The position numbers and the translations under genes are program-made. A stretch of 64,000 nucleotides of DNA from Eledone cirrhosa (Eukaryota). The notes beneath the pieces are model-generated. The model saw only the letters and a list, made by a program, of their open reading frames with translations. It was not told the origin of the DNA and ran no database searches. Below, in pieces: positions 54,551 through 64,000 of the stretch. The number at the start of each line of letters is the position of its first letter. The first letter of the stretch is position 1. The stretch spans positions 81,716,001-81,780,000 of the forward strand of contig OZ024740.1 in the NCBI GenBank assembly GCA_964016885.1, in the 5' to 3' direction.

Positions 54551-57163
54551 TTCTTTATTAACCACAAGGGTTTACATAAAGTAGACATTAAGGACAGTGC
54601 AGGACAATACAGGACGGTACAAATGGGCATTTCTGCGTGTAAAAAAAACAAAAAAAAACAGAGCGTGTAACAAAAATAACAATGAAAAATTCCCCAATAG
54701 GGGGGAGACTTCGGAGGGACATTTGTGGAGAAAGCCCAGTAAAAAGCCACAATGACCCTGACCACCAAGGCAAGTGCCCTCTCCCAGTTTTCCACCTTTA
54801 ATTTACAGATATATACTCAGTGTAGGCCCATTCACTCGGGCCATTCTTGCTTCTCTCACCCATCTTTCAACAAAATGCTGGGAAGAGTGCACTTCCCTCT
54901 CTACTCTGATTTTCCTTTTCAAATGAAATTTGAAAAAGTCAATCAGAGCATCACCGAAGAGGTAAGTGCTCGTCTTCAGCCCTTTCAAACGTGTCCACCA
55001 TACTCTCTCTTTCGCCATGGCCACCAGAGAGATAAAAACTGCCTGCCCTTCCCGGCTAAAGGAGAAGGGCGGGGCAATCCTCACGATGGACTCAGATGAT
55101 AGCCGGATCCATCCTAAACGCGACAGCAGGTGTTTGACATAAACCCACAAGTAAGCAATTTTCGGACACTGGACGAGTGCGTGCAGGACGGTTTCGTCGC
55201 CCTGCGCGCATCTCGGACATGCCCGGCTGACGGCACCTCCATGCCTGTAGAATTTATCCCGAACTGGTATGACTCCTCGGTAGCACTGCCAGGCCAGAGA
55301 TTTCTGGAAGTTGTCCATAGGCCCTGGCCCGAAAGTTCTTCCGAAGAGATTGGCTAGTTGATTTTTGTCGACGCCTAGAATTTCCCCAAGTACGTCGTCG
55401 CTCTTCCCCTCCACTAATCCTCTATAGAACGCTGAGGTGGAGTTTCCACCGATCACATTGCCCGATTGGTCGACGGCTGTGAGCGCCTGAAGACATTCTA
55501 GTATCCAGGCGCTCCCTCTCGGTCTTCGCTTGACCCAGGAATGCAGCTCCGTCAAGGAAACGAGCTGGGGAAATACGTGTCTAGCAAACGGCGACCACAC
55601 CTGATCACCGTGGAGGAAGAGGTGGTGATGTCGTAGCCTGAGCGCGTGCCTGCGCATCTTCAGCCACGGCATGCCCAGCCCTCCGCGTAGCGGGTGTTGA
55701 TAACAGATGGACCGCCTGACCATCGGAGCGCGTCCCTTCCACAAAAAGCGAAAGAGCAAACGCTCCAGCGCAGTCAGGCGAGGCTTAGGACAAGGTACGA
55801 CGGTCAGGCAGTAGCAGATGACAGACGCGATGTACGCGTTAGCCACCTCCGCTCGACCTTTCAGGGATAGCTTCCTCTCCGCCCATTTCTGGGTGAGAGA
55901 AGCCACCCTGCTCGTCACCTCGTCCCAGTTTTTGTCCGTCTGGAGGTCCGGACCGAACCAGACCCCTAGCAATTTAACCGGTCCGTCCGTCCAGCGTCCG
56001 GCGACGCTGTTGGAAGGCATGGACCTGCCTCTCCAGGTCCCGAGCTGCAGGCCCACTGACTTTTCCTGGTTGATCATTGCTCCTGTCACCGCTTCGTATT
56101 CTCTTAGTGTAGTGCAGTAGGAGGGCACCAACACCATTTCCTCGCTCCTTAGGGTGACTACGGATTGAGCCTTTGCCTCCTGGGGTGTGGCAAAAAGTAC
56201 GTCTACGGTGGCATATTTTTTGCCTCGGGTGATGTGCGTTTTCCGCTGCCACACAGACCCCAAGGCTTTTTGTATTTGCGTCTCTGTGGTTCTTTCAACC
56301 GTACGGGATTTTGTACTTACTGTACGGTACGTGACCGTACAGTGCTGTTGGGTTTCGAAAAACTTTTCCGCTGCCTTGCAGATTTCTCGGTGTCCGGTCT
56401 TTGTCACCATATTCTTCGCTTCCTCTAATTCCTCATTTGTTATGAGGATTGTTTCCAGGTTCTTCGCGATACCTGCAAACGAGATTGGTTTTTCTTTGCT
56501 GCTGTTGTTGTTGTTGTCGTCAGAGCTGCTGTTACTTTTGTTGTTGCTGCAGGTACTACGATTATTGCCTCCCCCGCTGTTGCTGTGGTTGTTGTTGGTG
56601 TTGCTGCTGCTAATGCTGTTGTTGTTTATGCTGCTGGTGATGATGTTGAGGCTGCTACTGTTGTTTTCATTGTCACTGTTGCTGTTGTTATTACGGCTGC
56701 TACTGCTATTATTCCTGACGTCAGACGAATGAAGTGGGTTTTCGTATTTGTCGTCGTCGTCGTGGAGAAATCTTGCACGCTTTGCACGAGACTTTTCTTT
56801 TCTGTCGTCGCTTGCGAAAGAGAAGGGAGGGAGAGAGACACATTTAAAGAAGGGAGGGAGACAATCTTCTCTCTGCTGTAGTGATGATTGAGGAAGAAGA
56901 AGACGGAATGAGTGGGAGTGACCTATGAAAATTCTTTTTCGTAGCCATGTTGTTTTTTTGTTTAAAATAAATATTGGGCACAAAACCCCAATAAGCAGTT
57001 ATTTAACGCCGAAGGGCCAAATAACGGGCAGAAAGACCCCTCTCAAGAGGAGGAGGGTGTTTTTATCTACAAGTTCGTTAATGTTTTAAACAATTTACAA
57101 TTGTTATAGCGTTCAAAATTTACAATACCTTACAAAGCCGAGCCTTCATCAACCATAGCATTC
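54550..57163 (-). mobile_element. Tx1-clade LINE, family 2, copy B (internal deletion fusing ORF1 N-terminal half to ORF2 C-terminus)
   Basis: Same 5' and 3' ends as copy A. Junction VLVPSYC|TTLREYEAV at about 56115. (AAT)n follows at 57164-57197. Confidence 0.92.
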
Positions 57164-57198
<35 letters not shown>

Positions 57199-57560
57199 GC
57201 ACATGGTGGATATATATTTTCATGGAATCGCTCCCGTAAGTTTTTGATTTTTACTTATTTAAAACAATTGTGATAGAATAATTCTTATTACAAATGAAGT
57301 ATAAGATTACAGTTTTGACTCTCAGCAAAAGCAAGGGACAACGCATCACATTACGGCATAGGTCCACAATATTTAATATTTAATTTTGGATCAGAAATGT
57401 AATAGTCGAAAAAGAGAAAAATGGCTAAGTGGACAGACAGGCAAATAATTTCACCACCAACACCGCCACCATCACCACTACCACGCCAAAAACTCTAGTC
57501 AAGTTACCTCAACTTCTATTTCTACTTCAACTTCAACACCATCACTACAGTACTACGATC

Positions 57561-57699
57561 ACATCACCACCACCGTTGCCTCATTATCGCTACCGCCGCT
57601 ATTCTCTCCCACTACCTCCTGCTAAGTACTACTAGCACATCACCACCACTGCCTCATTATCGCTACCGCCGCTATTCTCTCCCATTACCTCCTGCTAAG
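57561..57699. repeat. Two-copy direct repeat of about 60 bp (period about 75 bp)
   Basis: TGCCTCATTATCGCTACCGCCGCTATTCTCTCCCA.TACCTCCTGCTAAG occurs twice. Confidence 0.85.
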
Positions 57700-57999
57700 A
57701 CAGGCATCGTAGTATTCCCACTAAATGAGGAAGGCATCAAAAGATATAAATAGACTGATTTGATGACCCGATCAAAAAATCAAAAAAACAAAAATCAAAA
57801 TCAAAACAGCACAGCAGCAACGAAAAACGTAAAGAAAAGAAAAAAGAAAAGAAAAACAAACAGACAGACAAGAAAAAAAAACTGAGTGAGACATTCAAAC
57901 ATTACATTGCAATGAAACTTATGCTTATTTTGTTTTTGTTGGCGGAGGGTGGGTGTGGGTGTGAGATGGGGGGGGGGGTACCTATTTGTTTGTTTGTTT

Positions 58000-60900
58000 A
58001 TTTATGTTCGTCTACAACGTGATGATAGTGTCACACTAAAATCACCGGTGGTGATGAAATCACCGGTGGTTATGTAACCATACATTCACCAATCCTCCAT
58101 AAGAGTGTTTAAATGTCGAACCTAAACAGTTCGAATAACGGTGAAGTGGAGACTGGAATGTCATGTGACAGACTCTCACCCAGCAGGTGCTCCCTGGCTC
58201 AGCAGCAGGGACCTGGCAGTCAAGCAAATACTGCTAGTGTCGGAGGAAGAAGAAGAAGGAAGGAAGGGACCAGAACCAACTGGACGAAAGAATTGAATAG
58301 AACTGTTATGCAATGTTACCCGAAGAGTAGCCCCAAGGAATAAGGCTATAGGAAACGGATACATAACATCTGGAACAAAATTGGTCTATTTAAATTAGAT
58401 GAACAAAATTGGCAGGGCAGTCTCGGGTAATAAAAACTGGAACTGGAGGAACTGAGCAGAGAGATTAGGTTGGAAATCGAGAGTGGAGTATGCCAGGCAA
58501 ACGAGCCAGTTGGAAATGAAGGTGAAGAGGTTGAGGGAACGGAGGAACCATCCGAATCAGACAATGATCTGAATGCTGAAATAAATAATACTTGGAACAG
58601 TGACACGGCCATTGAGGAGATGAATGCTGACGGGCTAGGACAAAATTTGGTTGATATCCTAAACTTAGTGGTAGATGAAATGAACAGTGATAGGAGGAAA
58701 CCTATGAACCTAAGATTTGTAGACATGAAAAAGTTAAAAGAAACAACAGCTAAGGTAAACAAAGTCATCCCATACCTTGATGCGATGAACCTTCACCAGT
58801 CCAATAATATCCTCAAAGCAACAGCATATGCGGTGGCATAAAAGCGAGAGGAAACAACAAACAAGAAAGATCAGAACCTTGGTGGAAGAAACGACTGAAT
58901 GGTCAAATCAGGGAAATGAGAAAAGACACTGGAAAGCTTGAGTCCCTACTGAAAGGGACACTACAAAACATAGACACTAAAAATAGACTGGAAATAAAGT
59001 ACAAAACTAGGAGGAACAAGCTAAATATTATAATAGAGGAACTGAAGCAACGCATTGTAGCAAAGAGCGCAAAGATTAGGCGATACGAGAGCAGAGTCAG
59101 TATAGAGAGAACCGCATATTTGATAACAACCAGATGTTGTTTGGAGAGGTTGAAGGGAAAGAAAGAGGCAACGACTTGATCCCTGAGGCAGAACAAACGA
59201 AGGCATTCTGGAGAGGAATATGGGAGCAGACAACGTGGATTGAGACAGTACAAAAGGAGATTAGTGAACAGGCACACCAGCAAACTGAATTGAGTATCAC
59301 AGTTAAAACTCTTAAGGGGCAGGCCAGAAAACTAACCAACTGGAAATCACCAGGCCCAGATGGTGTGCAGGGGTATTGGATTAAAAATATAATATCCCTC
59401 CACCCGAAACTGACAACCATGTTCAATGACTGCTTGATGTCAGGGGAGGTACCAGAGTGGTTGACAAAAGGTACCACAGTTCTGGTAATGAAAGACCGAA
59501 TCAAGGGTAATGATGTTAACACATATAGACCTATCATGTGTCTGTCCATAATGTGGAAACTGTTTACAAGCATTGTGTCTGAGGAAATCTACCATCACCT
59601 CCACATAAACAACTTGTTACCGGACGAACAGAAAGGATGCCGAAAAAAGTCCCGTGGTACAAAGGACCAGTTACTTATAGATAAGAGGGTAAGGAGGAAT
59701 TGCAGGAGGAGACACACTTGTCTTCCCATGGCATGGATAGACTACAAAAAGGCATTCGACATGGTACCTCATTATTAGATAACCAAATGCCTAGAGATCT
59801 TCAGGGTGGCAGATAACATCAGACAGTTGTTGAGCAAAGTATGTAGTCCTGGAAAACAGAGTTAACATCGGGCGGAGAATCATTGGGAGGCGTGAGGATC
59901 AAGAGAGGTATCTTCCAGGGAGATAGTCTGTCCCCTCTGTTGTTTGTCCTTGCCCTGATCCCCCTGACCATTATTCTGCGAAAAGTGAGAGCAGGATACA
60001 AGTTGGGACAGGGAGAGCTTACCATCAATCACCTCCTCTTGATGGATGATCTTAAGCTCTAATGGGAAGAGTGAGAAGGAGTTGGATGTGCTTGTTGACA
60101 CTGTCCCTATTTTCAGCAATGATATATGTATGCAATTTGGTATTAGTAAGTGTGGAGTCCTTGTGATGAAGAGGGGTAAATTGAGCAGAAGCAACGGAAT
60201 CCAGGTACAAACAGGTGAGATGGTAAAGGAAATTGATATTGAATAGTGATACAAATATTTAGGTATTCTGGAGGCAGATGACATGAAGAACCAAAAAATG
60301 AAGGGATTGATAAGATCTGAATATATTCGGAGAGTAAGGAGCCTATTAAAATCACATCTAAACATTCGGAATGTCATAAGTGCAGTAAATTCCCGAGCTG
60401 CGTCTATTATTAGGTACAGTGCGGGAATTCTGAGAGGGAATGTTGCTGAATAAAAATAAATGGATAGGAAGACTATGAAGCTATAGACTATCTACAACAT
60501 GTTCCACAAGAGGAGTGATGTCGATAGACTTTACTTAAGGATATCTGAAGGTGGAAGAGGTCTTATCTACATAGAGGACTGTGTTCAGATGGAGAAAAAC
60601 AACCTACACAAATACGTGACTGATAGTAAGGAGCCAATGCTCATAATTGTACTGAAGGGGAGGACAATAGACCAGGGGATGTCCAAGGAGGAAATAACAA
60701 CAAGGAGGAAGAGCAACCTTCATGAAAAATCCCTTCATAGTACCTTCTTTGAGAAAACTGATTTCAGAGATCCACAGACATGGAACTGGTTGAAAAGAGG
60801 AGACCTTAAAAAGGCTACAGAAGGAATGCTAATGGCTGCGGAAGAGCAGGCCCTCAAAACGAAGTGGTTGAAACACCATAATTACAAGGAGGAGGCTAGC

Positions 60901-61549
60901 CCACTGTGCAGGATCTGTGGAGAGAGAGAGGAGACTGTGGCTCACATTGTATCCCAATGTAAACACCTAGACCAGACTCACTATGAAGGCTAGAGACATG
61001 ATGTGATGGGCAGGGTGATCCACTGGCACCTACGCAATGTAAACAATTTACCACATGGTGAGAAGTGGTATGAGCATAAACCACAGTCGGTGATGGAAAA
61101 CGATTAGGTGAAGGTGCTGTGGGATTTTAGGATACAGACGGCCATGAAACTGGAACACAATAGACCTGACGTTGTGGTTTTGGACAAGGGAAAAAGATCG
61201 TGCCTGATTGTGGATGCATCCTGCCTATTCGACACGTAAGTGCAAGAGGAGAGGGAGAAAATTAACCGGTACCAGGACTTAAAGTAGAAGGTAAAAATAA
61301 TTTGGAACTGCCATGAAGTCAAAGTGGTCCCTACTGTCATAGGCGCACTATGTCCTATCTCAAAGAGTTTCAAAGGATGGTTAAAGAAAATTAGTCCAGC
61401 CCCGCTTTTTGGAACACTTCAAAAGGCATGCTTGCTGGCAACAGCAAGAACCCTCCGATACGTCCTGAATATCTGAGGCTGCAGGTAGCAGCTTGATATT
61501 CATTTCAACAAACTTTCCAGTTAAATAAGATCAATGACTGAGACTCAAA

Positions 61550-61550
<1 letters not shown>
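58000..61550 (+). mobile_element. R4/Dong-clade retrotransposon, near full-length but decayed copy 2
   Basis: ATG at 58113, then WTKELN, EPWWK.RL, WKSPGPDGVQGYWIK, YRPIMCL, EQKGC and GTKDQLLID, to the stop at 61476, with many stops and frameshifts. From 59575 it is collinear with copy 1. (AAT)n tail at 61551-61604. The 5' boundary is approximate. Confidence 0.9.
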
Positions 61551-61597
<47 letters not shown>

Positions 61598-61606
61598 TAA
61601 TAATGC

Positions 61607-64000
61607 TTTCTTTATTAACCACAAGGGTTTACATAAAGTAGTCATTAAGGACAGTACAGGATAATACAGGACGGTACAAATGGGCATTTCTGCGTGTAAA
61701 AAAAAACAAAGGATGTAATAGAAATAACAATGACAAATTGCCCAAATGGGGTGAGACGTCCGAAGGACATTTGTGGAGAAAGCCCATTACAAGACCACAG
61801 TGACCCCGACCACCAGGGCAAGTGCCCTTTCCCAGTTTTTCACCTTTAATTTACAGACACATACTCAGAGAAGGCCCATTCACTTGGGCCATTCTTGCTT
61901 CTCTCACCCATCTTTCAACAAAATGCTGGGAAGAGAGCACTTCCCTCTCTATCCTGATTTTCCATTTGAAATGAAATTTGAAAAAGTTAATCAGGGCATA
62001 CCGAAGAGGTAAGTGCTCGTCTTCAGCCCTTTAAAACGTGTCCACCATACTATCTCTTTCGCCATGGCCACCAGACAGATAAAAATTGCCTGCCCTTCCC
62101 GGCTAAAGGAAGAGGGCGGGCCAATCCTCACGATGGACTCAGCTGATAGCCGGATCCGTCCTACCCGTGACAGCAGTTGTTCGACATAAACCCACAAGTC
62201 AGCAATGCTCGGACACTGGACGAGTGCGTGCAGGACGGTTCGTCGCCCTGCGCGCATCTCGGACATGCCCGGCTGACGGCACCTCCATGCCTGTAGAATT
62301 TATCCCGAACTGGCAAAGCTCCTCGGTAGCACTGCAAGGCCAGGGATTTCTGGAAGTTGTCCATAGGCCCCGGCCCGAAAGAACTTACGAAGAGATTGGC
62401 TACTTGATTTTCGTCGAGGCCTAGAATTTCTCCAAGTACGTCTTCGCTCTTCCCCTCCACTAATCCCCTATGGAACGCCAAGGTGGAGTTTCCACCGATC
62501 ACATTGCCCGATTGGTCGACGGCTGTGAGCGCCTGAAGACATTCCAGTCTCTAAGCGCTCTCTCTCGGTCTTTGCTTCACCGAGGACTGCAGCTCCATCA
62601 AGGAGACGAGCTGGGGAAAGACGTGTCTAGCAAACGGCGACCACACCTGATCACCGTCGAGGAAGAGGTGGAGATTTCGTAGCCTGAGCGCGTGTCTGCG
62701 CATCATCAGCCAAGGCATGCCCAGCCCTCCACGTAGCGGGTGTTGACAGCAGATGGACCGCCTGACCATCGGAGCGCGTCCCTTCTACAAAAACGAAAGA
62801 GGAAACATTCCAGCGCAGTCAGGCGGGGCTTAGGACAAGGTACGACGGTCAAGTGGTAGAAGATGACGGACGCGATGTACGCGTTAGCCACCTCCGCTCG
62901 ACCTTTCAGGGATAGCTTCCTCTCCGCCCATTTCTGGGTGAGAGAAACCACCCTGCTCATCACCTCATCCCAGGTTTTGTCCGTCTGCAGGTCCGGACCG
63001 AACCAGACCCCCTAGCAATTTAACCGTTCAGCGCCCGACGACGCTGTTGGACGGCATGGACCTGCCTCTCCAGGTGCCGAGCTGCAGGCCCACTGACTTT
63101 TCCTGGTTGATCATTGCTCCTGTCACCGCTTCGTATTCTCTTAGTGTTGTGCCGATCGCCTCGATGTGTTTGGCGTTTGACACCACTACGCTGACATCGT
63201 AAGCATATGCTGACACGGATCTTACGCATCCTAGTTCGCGCGGGACGCCCCTCAACGTCTCCAGTTTGTACAGTAATGGCTCGAGAGTCCATACGTACAA
63301 GAGGGACGAGAGGGGATATCCTTGGCGGACCGAGCGCATGAAGTTGAACGGTTCCGAAAGGTGACCGTTCCCTCTCACCACAGAGCAGAAGGCGCTGTGC
63401 ATGGCAGCAACCAGCCTGTGAAGACGGGCCCAAAGCTAGGTAACGATGGTCGACCCTATCGAATGCTCTCGACTGATCTAAATTGATCAAGGACCCCCCG
63501 TGCCAGGTTCCCAAGCTACCCTCTCTACGATGTATTACATGAGGTGGAGGTTGTCGTGGATGGATCTGTCGGGAATGGCGCATGTCTGCGCCTCTCCCAC
63601 CAGACCCCCAACGACAAGCGCCAACCTCTTTGCTAGCACCTTAGCCAATATCTTGAACTCTGTGTTTAGCAGAGTTATGGGCCTGAAATTATCTATATTA
63701 TCCCCCTTGTTCGGATACTTTCTCAGCAGCGCCACAGCTCCTCGGCTCACAGAGCTGGGAATTCTCCCGTTCTGTTGCCAGTTGCAGTAGACGCCCGCCA
63801 AGAGGCCTCCGAACAAGTCTGGCATCTGTACGTCCATCATAGGGCAGACCATCCAAACCAGGAGATTTACCCCTTGTGCAGCCAGTCATTGCCTCCCTTA
63901 CTTCAGCGGCTGTTATCGGCTTTTCCCAACACTCCGCCTCAGTGGCCGAGAGCCGCGGCAGTCCGTCGAGATAGACACTAAAGTCCATCCCTCGATCCGA
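61607..64000 (-). mobile_element. Tx1-clade LINE, family 2, copy C (decayed ORF2, runs off the window)
   Basis: Same 3' end as copies A and B, abutting (AAT)n. Fragments include KSPGLDGLPY, FRPITLLNTE, DQSRAFDRV and RQGYPLS. Confidence 0.92.

Noticed and set aside
58038-58072. Duplicated palindromic AAATCACCGGTGGT in the Dong 5' region as a ribozyme
   Set aside because: I could not fold an HDV-like or hammerhead structure. It is only a short duplication.
43246-63981. Numerous antisense and alternate-frame ORFs over the LINEs
   Set aside because: They are shadows of GC-rich retrotransposon coding sequence with no independent motifs.

Overview
Eukaryotic, AT-rich, repeat-dominated window with no recognisable host gene. 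A cephalopod such as octopus is my inference from the microsatellite density and the SINE/Helitron style; it is not proven. Positions 1-33039 are a homogeneous tandem satellite (608/609-bp monomer, about 54 copies) with local higher-order duplications. It ends abruptly in (TA)n. Positions 33.4-39.4 kb hold a cluster of Penelope-related sequences with five hammerhead-ribozyme motifs. Three lie in a non-coding 532-bp retrozyme-like unit present in direct and inverted, circularly permuted copies. One is a minimal U3-A8 hammerhead, and one lies downstream of a Naiad-type RT/GIY-YIG element. Positions 41-64 kb hold a non-autonomous Helitron, a young Tx1-clade LINE with a 15-bp TSD, two R4/Dong-type RLE retrotransposons, and three copies of a second Tx1 family that all sit in (AAT)n tracts in the same orientation. 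Most short ORFs in the track are microsatellite or antisense artefacts. All structures were folded and aligned by eye; no computation was run.
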